DNA from: an uncultured Paenibacillaceae bacterium
Lineage (GTDB): Bacteria > Bacillota > Bacilli > Paenibacillales > DA-C8
Assembly (NCBI GenBank): GCA_937957685.1
Contig: CALGAO010000031.1
Coordinates: 6,816 to 70,815 of the forward strand
Direction: 5' to 3'
DNA: 64,000 nucleotides
Shown here: positions 10,422 through 20,026 of the stretch, one piece after another
Layout of the letters: every line of letters begins with the position of its first letter
How positions within the stretch are numbered: position 1 is the stretch's first letter
Program-made: the position numbers and the translations under genes
Notes under the pieces: model-generated
Seen by the model: only the letters and a program-made list of their open reading frames with translations
Database searches by the model: none
Told to the model about the DNA's origin: nothing

Positions 10422-12182
10422 TCACCTGGGCGCGGGCAGCTCCAGCCCCGCCAGTCTGGCGTACATGAGTTGCCAGATTCGCCGATGCTGCTCCACAATC
10501 GACCAGCGGTCGGTGCGCAGCTCGATCAGCTGCAAGCCGCCCTCATCCATCGCCCGCCCTACCGCGGCGCGGAACGCTTCCCAGGTGTCGACCCGCGTGA
10601 ACCTGCCGCCATACATGGCTGCGGCATGGGAGTAATCCAGGCCAAGCGGCGTGCCGAACAGTTCCTCATAATGCCGCTTCAGACTGGCCTGCGGCAGGAA
10701 GGAGAAGATGCCACCGCCATCGTTGTTCACGATGATGATCGTGATCGGCAGCCCGTGCAGCCTGGAGGCGAGCAGCCCGTTCATGTCGTGGTAGAACGAC
10801 AGGTCGCCGAGCACGAGCACCGTTCGCTCACCGGCCGCGCTGTAGCCAAGCGCCGTGGAGATGAGGCCGTCGATGCCGTTGGCGCCGCGGTTGCAGGCGA
10901 TGCGGATGCGTCTGTCGCTCGCGGCGAAGAACGTGTCCAGGTCGCGGATCGGCATCGAGTTGCCGGCGAACAGCACCGTCCCGTCAGGCAACAGCTGCCG
11001 AAGCTCGGTGAAGATGCGGCCCTCGAACAGGCCCTCCGCCTGCTCGACGCCTGCCTCAAGCGCCTGTCTCGTCTCGCTGTTCAGCCGCTGCCACAAGTGC
11101 AGCCACTCCCCGTCTCGCCGCATCCCCCGCTCCGCCAGTTGCTCGGTCAGGCTGCGGCACAGCTCGCCCGCATCGGCGAACAGCATATCCGAGGCCAGCA
11201 ACGTCGGATCGCGCCAGCCCCCCTCGTCCACGACGATCAGACGGCTCGTCCGATGGCGCTGGATATATTGCAGGAGCGGCTTGGAGACCGGCATCGCCCC
11301 GAGGCGGATGATCACATCCGGGGCCAGGGCTTGCGCGGCACGCTCGTCTCGCAGGAAGGCATCGTACGCGTCCACGACCACGTCGCGGCGATGGGAACCT
11401 CCCCTCAGCTGGGACAGCGGGTCCGCCAGCAGCGGATAGCCGAGCAGCGCCGCCAGCTCCGACGTCGCTTCAGCGAGCGCCGGCTCGTCGATCGGGCCGC
11501 AGACGATGATGCCGCGCTCCGTCGCCGCCAACTGTTCCGCCAGCTTCTCCAGCGACGTCCGGTCCAGCCGGGCAGTGGCTTCTGGGGCAGCAACGTAGGC
11601 TCTTCCCTCCTCGCGTCCGGCGCCAAACAGCTGCGGATGCTCCAGATCCGGCAGCAGCGGCTCGCGCAGCGGAAAGTTCAGATGCACCGGACCGCCCGGC
11701 TTGCGTGCCGACTCGATCACGGCCCGGGACGCGCAGAAACGGGCATGGCGAAGCATATGCTCGTCCGCTTCCGGGATCGGCATCTCCATGAACCATTTCA
11801 CATGATCGCCATACAGCCCGATCTGCCGAATCGTCTGAGGCGCCCCAACTTCGCGCAGCTCATGCGGCCGGTCCGCGGTCAGCACGACGAGCGGCACGCG
11901 CGCCACATGCGCCTCGGCCACGGCCGGCGCGTAGTTGGCCGCCGCGGTACCCGAGGTGCAGAGCAGGGCCACCGGCTCGCGCCTTGCCTTGGCCAGGCCC
12001 AGCGCGAAGAAGCCCGCCGAACGCTCGTCCACATGCATCCACACGCGCAGCTCCGAATGCTCCGCTGCCAGCACGGCGAGCGGCGTGGAGCGCGAACCGG
12101 GACTGATCACGATATGGCGCAAGCCGGAGCGCGCGAGCTCGTCCACAAAAGCGCCAAGGTATAAGGTTGATCCTACTGTCAA
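10422..12182 (-). CDS. menD: SEPHCHC synthase (ThDP-dependent)
   Basis: SPGSRSTPL, DERSAGF, NRGANGIDG, GDLSFYHDMNG, NNDGGGIF. Confidence 0.96.
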   Translation of the reverse strand: MTVGSTLYLGAFVDELARSGLRHIVISPGSRSTPLAVLAAEHSELRVWMHVDERSAGFFALGLAKARREPVALLCTSGTAAANYAPAVAEAHVARVPLVVLTADRPHELREVGAPQTIRQIGLYGDHVKWFMEMPIPEADEHMLRHARFCASRAVIESARKPGGPVHLNFPLREPLLPDLEHPQLFGAGREEGRAYVAAPEATARLDRTSLEKLAEQLAATERGIIVCGPIDEPALAEATSELAALLGYPLLADPLSQLRGGSHRRDVVVDAYDAFLRDERAAQALAPDVIIRLGAMPVSKPLLQYIQRHRTSRLIVVDEGGWRDPTLLASDMLFADAGELCRSLTEQLAERGMRRDGEWLHLWQRLNSETRQALEAGVEQAEGLFEGRIFTELRQLLPDGTVLFAGNSMPIRDLDTFFAASDRRIRIACNRGANGIDGLISTALGYSAAGERTVLVLGDLSFYHDMNGLLASRLHGLPITIIIVNNDGGGIFSFLPQASLKRHYEELFGTPLGLDYSHAAAMYGGRFTRVDTWEAFRAAVGRAMDEGGLQLIELRTDRWSIVEQHRRIWQLMYARLAGLELPAPR

Positions 12183-12200
12183 GCCACTCTCTCCTCTCCG

Positions 12201-13634
12201 TCAGGATGCAGATTCCGAATCGAGCGCACCAAGCGCGGACAGCATCGGCCTGAACTTGAGCGCCGTCTCCTGATATTCACTGGCCGCCACCGAGTCGCCC
12301 ACGATGCCGCAACCGGCGTACAGCAAGGCTTCCTTGCCGCTTACGAGCGCGGAACGAATCGCCGCGGCGAACTCCCCGTCCATCTGCAGATTCAGCCAGC
12401 CGATCGGCGCCGCATACCAGCCCCGATCCATGCGTTCCAGCTCGCGGATCGCCTCGATCGCGGCTTCGCGCGGCATGCCGCCCAGCGCAGGCGTGGGGTG
12501 CAGCGCCTCGATCGCCTGCAGCAGCGTCACGCCCTCTCTCGCCCGTCCGGATATCGGCGTGAGCAGATGCTGCACATCCTTCAGGCGATAGAGGATCGGC
12601 GCATCCGGAAGCTCCACGCGCTCACACAGCTGCCGCATCGCGTCCCTGATCATCTCGACAGCCAGCGCATGTTCATGCAGATTCTTCTCGTCATGGAACA
12701 GGAACTCGCCGTACTGCCGATCCTCTTCATCGGTCTGCCCGCGTCCGATCGTGCCGGCCAACGACAAGGTGCTGAGTCGCCCGTCCTTGCTCTCGACCAG
12801 CCTCTCCGGCGTAGCGCCAACGAAGCAGTCCGGGCCCGACTCGATCGCGAACACATACGTGTTGTTCTGCTCGCGCAGCAGCCTGCCGAGGATCTCGCGC
12901 ACATCAAACGGGCGATCCGCATACAGCTTCATCTGCCGTGCCAGCACAACCTTCCGCATCTGACCGTCACGGATCGATGCGGCTGCCCGTTCCACTGCAT
13001 GCATCCATTCGATCGGCGCTATTTCTTCCTTATATATATGCTTCTCCGCTTCAATGGCCGGGGGAAGCTCTTCTCCCGCGCCCGAGAGCTGCTCGATGAT
13101 GCGCAGATCGTCCTCCCATGCCGCGTCGATGCTCTCATGCGCCTCTTCCCGGGAGATCAACCTGCTGATCGTCACCCAGGTTCGTCCTTCATATTCGGTC
13201 CACATGATCTCCGGCAGCACGAACCTGGTATGCGGATAGTGTTGCCATTCCTCCGACTTTGCGTTCAACGGATCAAAGGAGAAGCCGCCGAACAGGTGAG
13301 GTCCCGTATAGGCCGGAGCCTCTCCCTGGACGATGCAACCGCGGGTTGCTTCCCGCCATTGCCGCTCCACCTGCCCGAAACGCTGCCCGACATCATCCGC
13401 CTCGATCTGCAGCGCGCAGCCGAGTCCGGCAAGAGCCAGCTTGCGTCCCGGTTCGGACCAAAAAAAACGGGTCCCGTAGAACCTCTTATGCTCAAATGAA
13501 AAAAGGGACGGCAAATGCGTCCTGCGCACCTCAAAAACCGTGCTCACCAGCACGTCTCTTCCGGCGTTGAAAGCCCGCTGCCTTCCCTTATCTGCCAATA
13601 TGCGTAAATGATCTTGTATCAAGCCGTTAGCCAC
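12201..13634 (-). CDS. menF: Isochorismate synthase (menaquinone-specific)
   Basis: KVVLAR, GATPERL, LHPTPALGG, RGWYAAPIGW, YAGCGIV. Confidence 0.93.
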   Translation of the reverse strand: MANGLIQDHLRILADKGRQRAFNAGRDVLVSTVFEVRRTHLPSLFSFEHKRFYGTRFFWSEPGRKLALAGLGCALQIEADDVGQRFGQVERQWREATRGCIVQGEAPAYTGPHLFGGFSFDPLNAKSEEWQHYPHTRFVLPEIMWTEYEGRTWVTISRLISREEAHESIDAAWEDDLRIIEQLSGAGEELPPAIEAEKHIYKEEIAPIEWMHAVERAAASIRDGQMRKVVLARQMKLYADRPFDVREILGRLLREQNNTYVFAIESGPDCFVGATPERLVESKDGRLSTLSLAGTIGRGQTDEEDRQYGEFLFHDEKNLHEHALAVEMIRDAMRQLCERVELPDAPILYRLKDVQHLLTPISGRAREGVTLLQAIEALHPTPALGGMPREAAIEAIRELERMDRGWYAAPIGWLNLQMDGEFAAAIRSALVSGKEALLYAGCGIVGDSVAASEYQETALKFRPMLSALGALDSESAS

Positions 13635-13678
13635 TGATTTTCACCCTTGTCATAACCTAGCGCACAAAATCTGTATTA

Positions 13679-13707
13679 AGAATACACCCCCGCCTTCGGA
13701 ACGTCAA
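13679..13707 (-). promoter_or_regulatory. Putative sigma-A promoter of the menFDHBEC operon
   Basis: TTGACG-17nt-TATTCT on the minus strand. Confidence 0.6.
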
Positions 13708-13728
13708 CTTGTGGAAGGCTTCGGAGCG

Positions 13729-13757
13729 TTGACACTTGATCGCTCTTCCCCTACACT
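13729..13757 (+). promoter_or_regulatory. Putative sigma-A promoter of menA
   Basis: TTGACA-17nt-TACACT. Confidence 0.65.
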
Positions 13758-13810
13758 TAACTTGGGTTATGGTGCAACCACAATTCTGATAGATAAGGAT
13801 GGAAGCCGTC

Positions 13811-14734
13811 ATGCAAATCGAACTGCAAACGAAGACCGCTTCGAACGTATGGTGGCGCTTGATGAGACCGCATACGCTGACCGCGTCATTTGTCCCGGTA
13901 TTTATCGGGTCGGCGATGGCGCTGTTCGATCATCAGCTCCGCTTCCCGCTGTTCCTGGCCATGCTCGTGGCATCGCTCCTGATCCAGGCAGCCACCAATA
14001 TGTTCAATGAATATTATGATTATATAAGAGGTCTGGATACGAAGGATTCCGTTGGCATCGGCGGCACGATCGTCCGCGACGGGGTCGCTCCGGCCACGGT
14101 TCGCAACCTGGCCATCGCCTTCTATGGCATATCGGTCCTGATCGGCGTCTATATCTGTATGGAGAGCTCGTGGTGGGTTGCCGTAGCCGGCATCCTCTCG
14201 ATGCTGGTCGGGTATCTGTACAACGCCGGCCCACTGCCGATCGCCTCGACGCCGCTTGGTGAACTGTTCTCCGGCTTTTTCATGGGTCCAGTCATCATCA
14301 TGATCACTTACTATATTCAGACCGGCAATCTGACGATGGACTACTTCTATGTCTCGCTCAGCATCGGCCTCCTCATCGGGGCGATCAACCTGTCGAACAA
14401 CATCCGCGACCTGGACGGAGACAAGGAGCACGGACGCAAGACGCTGGCCATCCTGCTCGGCAGGCCGCGCGCGATCAACCTGCTCGCCTCGATCTTCACG
14501 ATGGCTTTCCTGCTCATCGTCGCGTTTGTTATCCTCGGCATCGTCACGCCGTGGGCGCTGCTCGTTCTGCTCAGCATACCGAAGGCCGCCCAGGCGGTGA
14601 AGCTGTTCCGGGGCAAGTCGCTCGCCTATGAGATGATGCCGGCGATGAAGGCCACCGCCCAGCTGAACACCATCTTCGGCCTGCTGCTCACGGTTGGATT
14701 GGTCATCGGATATATCAGCGGCCTGAGCTTCTGA
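13811..14734 (+). CDS. menA: 1,4-dihydroxy-2-naphthoate polyprenyltransferase
   Basis: RPHTLTAS, NMFNEYYDYIRGLD, NNIRDLDGDKEHGRKTLA; alternative start 13799. Confidence 0.95.
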   Translation: MQIELQTKTASNVWWRLMRPHTLTASFVPVFIGSAMALFDHQLRFPLFLAMLVASLLIQAATNMFNEYYDYIRGLDTKDSVGIGGTIVRDGVAPATVRNLAIAFYGISVLIGVYICMESSWWVAVAGILSMLVGYLYNAGPLPIASTPLGELFSGFFMGPVIIMITYYIQTGNLTMDYFYVSLSIGLLIGAINLSNNIRDLDGDKEHGRKTLAILLGRPRAINLLASIFTMAFLLIVAFVILGIVTPWALLVLLSIPKAAQAVKLFRGKSLAYEMMPAMKATAQLNTIFGLLLTVGLVIGYISGLSF

Positions 14735-14946
14735 TGAGAACAGCCTGACGAAGCCCGTGCAAGGCGGGGCCCGACGATGGTAGCCGGCGGATGGAGCGGG
14801 ATGGAGCGGCTTCATCATACCGGAACTGCGCCGCTAAGGAATCACGTTCCGCCTGCTTCCGGTCATCCGAAGACCGAGCCGCAACCGATTGAACCCATGT
14901 TGTCCAGATGGCTGTAATGATCTTCGTCGTTGGGAGTGGAGAGTAC

Positions 14947-15126
14947 CCCTCCCAGCCGTAATGGAACGTCGATCCGCTGTTTGTGGTCAAACGGCCATTT
15001 CCTCAAGGTTAACGGAACGTCAGTGCGCTATCGGGTGATTTTGGTCGATTTTCTTGACCGATATGGTTCCATAACGAATCCACGTTCCGTCAGCGTCAGG
15101 CCATCCGATCAGAAGCAACAATCGAT
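14947..15126. repeat. REP/MITE-like intergenic element (TAACGGAACGT family), copy 1
   Basis: TAA(C/T)GGAACGTC at 14959 and 15010 plus an inverted copy near 15082-15090; 15014-15126 matches 34914-35027 in reverse. Confidence 0.75.
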
Positions 15127-15171
15127 GGAAACCGCAGTTTTTCCAGATCAGCAACAACAGAGGTGAATCTT

Positions 15172-15636
15172 ATGGATCATCGAGGCACGATCCTCGAAGC
15201 GCTGGGCATTCAGGTGGTGCATGCGGACTCTGACCGGGTCGTCTGCACGATGCCCGTCGACGAGCGCACCAGGCAGCCAATGGGCGTGCTTCACGGCGGC
15301 GCGTCCGTCGTGCTGGCCGAGACGGCGGCCAGTCTGGGCACTTATCTGCAGATCGACCATGAGACCGAGATGTCCTTCGGCATGGAGATCAACGCCAATC
15401 ATGTGCGCAGCGCCTCCTCCGGGACGGTTACCGCAACCGCTGTTCCTCTGCACAAGGGCCGAACTTCGATGGTGTGGGATATCCGGATCACCGATGAGCA
15501 GGGCAGGCTCATCTGCGTCTCCCGCTGCACGGTGGCGATCGTGAAGAAGCGCGGGAAGAATGAAGCCGGAGATACGCTCGAACACATAACCGAACAAATG
15601 GCAACCGCTGCCGATTCGAACCCAGGCGGCGCATGA
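15172..15636 (+). CDS. menI: Hotdog-fold thioesterase, probable DHNA-CoA hydrolase
   Basis: QPMGVLHGGASVVLAET, GMEINANH; next to men genes; SD GAGGTG. Confidence 0.8.
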   Translation: MDHRGTILEALGIQVVHADSDRVVCTMPVDERTRQPMGVLHGGASVVLAETAASLGTYLQIDHETEMSFGMEINANHVRSASSGTVTATAVPLHKGRTSMVWDIRITDEQGRLICVSRCTVAIVKKRGKNEAGDTLEHITEQMATAADSNPGGA

Positions 15637-15701
15637 GATTACCAGCGGTCAGGAATCTGGCCGCTGTTCCTGTCTGCCAACGATGAAAGGAGCTTGCGAT
15701 C

Positions 15702-17249
15702 ATGTACCTCGTCACAGCTGAACAGATGCGGAAGCTGGAAGAAAGGGCGATGTCCGACTCCGGACTTCCTTCCCTCGTTCTCATGGAGAATGCGGCCCGC
15801 GCCGTCGCCGATGCCGCGATCCGGATGGATCGGCCCGATCGGCCGATGAAGCGTTGGGCCGTGCTCGCCGGCAAAGGCAACAACGGCGGAGACGGCATCG
15901 CAGCCGCCCGGCATCTGACGGAGGCCGGATGCAGCTGCGAGATCATCCTCGCCGTGCCGCCGGAGCAGCTCGGCGCCGATGCCGCGCTGCAGCTGAAGGC
16001 TGCGCGCAGCTTCGGGATCCCTGTCCAGGTCTTCTCGCCGGGAGCGACTCCCTGGCATCGATATGACGGCATCATCGATGCGCTGCTCGGCACCGGGACT
16101 GCCGGGGCGCCGCGCGAGCCTTACGCCTCGATGATCCGCGAGGCGAACGACAGCGGACTGCCGATCGTCGCCGTGGACATCCCAAGCGGCCTTGATGCGG
16201 ATAGCGGCAAGGTGTACGAGCCCTGCATTCGCGCTGTTCAGACGGTGACCTTCGCTTGCAGCAAGGTCGGCCTCGCCCTGTACCCGGGCAAGGAAGCTGC
16301 CGGTACCGTCACGACGGCGCCGATCGGCATCCCCGAGCAGCTGGCCGAAGCGGAAGGGGTACGCACCTGTCTGCTCGACGAGCGAACGATCCGCCGCAGG
16401 CTGAGGGTCGATCCGGCCCTGCCCAGACAGGCGGATACGCACAAGGGCACCTACGGCCATCTGCTGGTCGTCGCCGGGACGCTGAACATGTCCGGCGCCG
16501 GGCTGTTGTGCGCCAGCGCCGCGCTCCGTGCCGGATGCGGCCTCGTCACATGGGCGCTGCCATCGGCGCTGGCCGGTCACGTGATCGGCCGCGTGCCCGA
16601 GGTGATGCTGGCGCCCGTGTCCGGCAATGCCAATGGATGCTGGTCAGCGGAGACAGCGGACGAGCTGGCGCGGCTGTTCGCGGGGCGAGACGCGCTTGCC
16701 ATCGGTCCCGGCCTTGGCCGTTTCGCCGATGACACCGCATGGCTCAGGCGAATCTGGGAACTGAGCGGCGAGGCAGGGTTGCCTCTGGTGCTTGATGCCG
16801 ATGCGCTGAACATATTGGCCGATGCGCAGGATATCGCGAGCTGGACGAGACGGTCTGCGGAAGCTCCGGTGATCGTGACGCCTCATCCCGGAGAGATGGC
16901 CCGGCTGTCCGGATTGACCACCGCCCAGGTGCAGGAGAACCGGCTCCGGGTGGCGCGCGACTACGCCGCCAGGCACGGCGTGTACGTTGTGCTGAAAGGC
17001 GCCGCCTCGATCGTCGCCTGCCCGGACGGGACCGCCTATGTGAATACGACCGGCAATCCCGGCATGGCCACCGGGGGGGCAGGCGACGTGCTGACGGGCA
17101 TCATCGGCGGCTTGCTGGCACAGGGCTGGACGGCGGAACAGGCAGCCGCTTTCGGCACGTGGAAGCACGGCCTGGCTGGCGATCTGGCCGCGCACAAGCG
17201 CAGCGTCACAGCCAGCCTGATCGCCTCGGACATCATCGAACAGCTGTAA
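15702..17249 (+). CDS. nnr: Bifunctional NAD(P)H-hydrate epimerase/dehydratase
   Basis: GKGNNGGDG, DALLGTG, VDIPSG, HKGTYG, TPHPGEM, GGAGDVLTG. Confidence 0.93.
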   Translation: MYLVTAEQMRKLEERAMSDSGLPSLVLMENAARAVADAAIRMDRPDRPMKRWAVLAGKGNNGGDGIAAARHLTEAGCSCEIILAVPPEQLGADAALQLKAARSFGIPVQVFSPGATPWHRYDGIIDALLGTGTAGAPREPYASMIREANDSGLPIVAVDIPSGLDADSGKVYEPCIRAVQTVTFACSKVGLALYPGKEAAGTVTTAPIGIPEQLAEAEGVRTCLLDERTIRRRLRVDPALPRQADTHKGTYGHLLVVAGTLNMSGAGLLCASAALRAGCGLVTWALPSALAGHVIGRVPEVMLAPVSGNANGCWSAETADELARLFAGRDALAIGPGLGRFADDTAWLRRIWELSGEAGLPLVLDADALNILADAQDIASWTRRSAEAPVIVTPHPGEMARLSGLTTAQVQENRLRVARDYAARHGVYVVLKGAASIVACPDGTAYVNTTGNPGMATGGAGDVLTGIIGGLLAQGWTAEQAAAFGTWKHGLAGDLAAHKRSVTASLIASDIIEQL

Positions 17250-17318
17250 ACGGCTGCTCACGACTGCTTCGGCACGCCTGAGAGAAGATTTTTCGTCTCT
17301 CACGCTGCTTTCACTTGT

Positions 17319-17381
17319 AAAAAAAGAGGGCTGCATGCGTCAGCCAGTGGTCATCACTGGCTTTCGATGCAGCCTCCTTTT
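17319..17381. terminator. Bidirectional intrinsic terminator between convergent genes
   Basis: A-tract, GAGGGCTGCAT...ATGCAGCCTCC stem, T-tract. Confidence 0.75.
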
Positions 17382-17387
17382 CTGTTA

Positions 17388-18692
17388 CTACTGCTCCGGA
17401 GCCGGCTCCAGCTTGAAGGCCCGTTCCAGATCGCGGATGCGATCCATGTCGATATGAACGATGTCGCCAAGCGCTCTCGCCATCAGGATCGACTTCGCGC
17501 TGTACTCCGCCACTTCCAGACGGTCGAAGGCGTTCAGCAAGCTCTGACCGGTCACAATGAGGCAGTTGTTCTTCACGAGAGCGATCGGCGTGTGCGGCTT
17601 GAAGATCGCCGCCGTCTCCGCCGGGCTGTTGTACACGGCGTCAAACGGCAGCTTCGGCGTGCCGCGCAGCAGGATGTAGCTCTCGGGGATCGTGCGCGAG
17701 TCGAAAGCCAGATCCGTCACCGCAAACGTCATGATGTTCGGCGGATGGGCGATGATGATCGACTGCACATGCGGATGTTGCCTGTAGATCTCCTGGTGTA
17801 GCAGCCAGGACTTGCTAGGCGCCGTGCCGCGCGGCTTGCAGCCGTTCCGGATCGCGATCAGGTCCTCCGCCTCCATCAGCTTGCGGTCCACGCCGTTGGG
17901 CGTGATCAGGAAGTTGTCCCCGTCCAGACGATGCGAGAACGTCCCCTGCGTGCTGTTGAAGAGCCTCTGGTCATAGGCGCGGCGGATGAACTTGATCATG
18001 TCCCTGCGCAGCCCCCGCTCCTCCGTCGGCACGCTGCCCGGATCGTAATCCTCGATCGGAACCTCGCCCTTGCTTCTGACCACTTCATAATCCTCATCCG
18101 TCAGCACGATCGGCTGACCGTATCGGGAAGCCTCGATCTCCAGACGAGCGCAATAGTCCAAGGTCTCAAACACCTGAAACGCCTCAAACAGATCCTCAGC
18201 GCCAACCACGACCCCGTGATTCTCCAGCATGACGGTGTTGATGCCGCGGGCAAACACATCAGCGATGTTCTGCCCAAGCTGCTCGCTGCCCGGAAGCGCA
18301 TACTCGGCGATGCCGATCTCGCCGCACAGCTTGCGTTCATCAGGCAGCAGCCGCGTATCCGGAATCTTGCGCACGATGCTGAAGGACACGAGCGCCGGTG
18401 GATGCGCGTGCACGATCGCGCGAAGATCAGGCCTTGTCTGATAGATCAATGCGTGAAACGGATACTCGCTCGACGGGCGATGATTGCCCACGATCGTGCC
18501 GTCCGCCTTCACACATACCATATCAGCTCTTGTCAATTCCCCCTTGTCGATGCCTGCCGGGGTTATCCAGATGTCCCCGTTCGCATCTCTGATCGACAGA
18601 TTGCCGCCGGAGGTGGTTGTCATGCCGTATCGGTAGATGCGTTCCATGAACATCAGCAGCTGATCTGCCGGATGCAGGATAGCGGTTTTCAT
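17388..18692 (-). CDS. Class II aldolase/adducin family protein with two tandem domains
   Basis: TTSGGNLS, PSSE, HAHPP, LENHG in domain 1; STQGTFS, PSKS, IAHPP in domain 2. Confidence 0.85.
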   Translation of the reverse strand: MKTAILHPADQLLMFMERIYRYGMTTTSGGNLSIRDANGDIWITPAGIDKGELTRADMVCVKADGTIVGNHRPSSEYPFHALIYQTRPDLRAIVHAHPPALVSFSIVRKIPDTRLLPDERKLCGEIGIAEYALPGSEQLGQNIADVFARGINTVMLENHGVVVGAEDLFEAFQVFETLDYCARLEIEASRYGQPIVLTDEDYEVVRSKGEVPIEDYDPGSVPTEERGLRRDMIKFIRRAYDQRLFNSTQGTFSHRLDGDNFLITPNGVDRKLMEAEDLIAIRNGCKPRGTAPSKSWLLHQEIYRQHPHVQSIIIAHPPNIMTFAVTDLAFDSRTIPESYILLRGTPKLPFDAVYNSPAETAAIFKPHTPIALVKNNCLIVTGQSLLNAFDRLEVAEYSAKSILMARALGDIVHIDMDRIRDLERAFKLEPAPEQ

Positions 18693-18776
18693 GCTGTTCG
18701 CCTCTTTCTGTTTTTTCCCCCATCATAACACAGGTCACGCGGGCAAAGTATGACAATTTACCGGACTTTTTGGTCC

Positions 18777-19601
18777 TTAACGCTTGTTCATGTGACTCGG
18801 ATCGGAGCCTCTGCGGCGGTTCTTGTTCAGCCGATTGATCGCTTCCATCTCGTCATCCGCCAGACTGAAGTCAAAGACGCGGAAATTCTCCTCGATGCGG
18901 GAAGGGGTGACCGACTTCGGGATGACGATCGAGCCTTCCTGCAGATGCCAGCGCAGGATGACCTGGGCAGGTGTCCTGCCGTGCGCTTCCGCGATCCTGA
19001 CGATCGTCTCGTCGCGCAGCACTTCGCCGCCCTGTTCAAGCGGGCTCCAGGACTCGATGAAGATGTTATGCCTGGCACAGAACGCCTTGAGCTCCTTCTG
19101 GGTCAGATAGGGATGACATTCCACCTGATTGACGACCGGGACGACCTCGCACTCCGCCATGAGCCGCTCCAGATGCTCGATGTGGAAGTTGCAGACGCCG
19201 ATGGCCTTCGCTCTGCCTTCCCGATAGATGCGCTCCATCGCCTTGAATGTCTCAACGTATTGGTCATACATCGGAGTGGGCCAATGGATCAGATACAGAT
19301 CGATGTAATCAAGATCAAGTCTCTTCAGGCTTTCATCAAATGCGCGCAGCGTATTGTCATAGCCGTGATCGCCGTTCCACACCTTGGTGGTGATGAACAG
19401 CTCCTCGCGCGGCACCTGCGACTGCTTGATGGCTCGGCCGACGCCTGCTTCATTCTTGTAGATCATGGCCGTATCAATCAGCCGATACCCGACCTCCAGC
19501 GCCTTGCTGACGGCAACCGTTGCCTGCTCGTCGGGCACCTGCCACACCCCGAAGCCGAGCTGCGGCATCTTCAGACCATTGTTCAGTGTGACGTATTGCA
19601 T
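18777..19601 (-). CDS. Aldo/keto reductase (2,5-DKG reductase/YvgN-like)
   Basis: GFGVWQ, IDTAMIY, TTKVWN, DLYLIHWP, IPKSVTPSRIEEN. Confidence 0.92.
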   Translation of the reverse strand: MQYVTLNNGLKMPQLGFGVWQVPDEQATVAVSKALEVGYRLIDTAMIYKNEAGVGRAIKQSQVPREELFITTKVWNGDHGYDNTLRAFDESLKRLDLDYIDLYLIHWPTPMYDQYVETFKAMERIYREGRAKAIGVCNFHIEHLERLMAECEVVPVVNQVECHPYLTQKELKAFCARHNIFIESWSPLEQGGEVLRDETIVRIAEAHGRTPAQVILRWHLQEGSIVIPKSVTPSRIEENFRVFDFSLADDEMEAINRLNKNRRRGSDPSHMNKR

Positions 19602-19903
19602 CTTGTCTTGCTCCTCCTCCGCATTATGTATTGGGATGAACGGCCGGATGCATTACCAACCCCATCCGTCTGTGGTCATCATAGTTCACGTCACCGCGCC
19701 AAGTCAAGCCGCACGGAACAGCACGGACAGGCCGGCGCACCCATCATGTCCCCGGATCGCCGATATCCGGCATCACCCGGCCTCGCTCCTGTCTCCATCA
19801 TCCAATCGCATCATGCATCGGTCCAGTGAAGTTGAGGAGCCCTTCCGGTAATGGCCAAGCCATCCGATGACGGGCCATCACCTGCACGGACAGTCCCGCA
19901 TAG

Positions 19904-19943
19904 AAAAAGATCGGGATGGAAACCTGCTGTCTCCTCCCCGATC
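19904..19943 (-). terminator. Intrinsic terminator downstream of katA
   Basis: GATCGGGGAGGA...TCCATCCCGATC followed by TTTTT on the minus strand. Confidence 0.6.
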
Positions 19944-20026
19944 CCGGGTGCAGGGATGCTCCCTGGCGGCACGGCCGCCTGCATGGAGCGATCCTCCATA
20001 TCGTTTGTTGTCAGATGATGTCCGAA

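Noticed and set aside
19678-19707. MerR-type operator at the aldo/keto reductase promoter
   Set aside because: Spacer is 18 nt, not 19-20, and the dyad is weak
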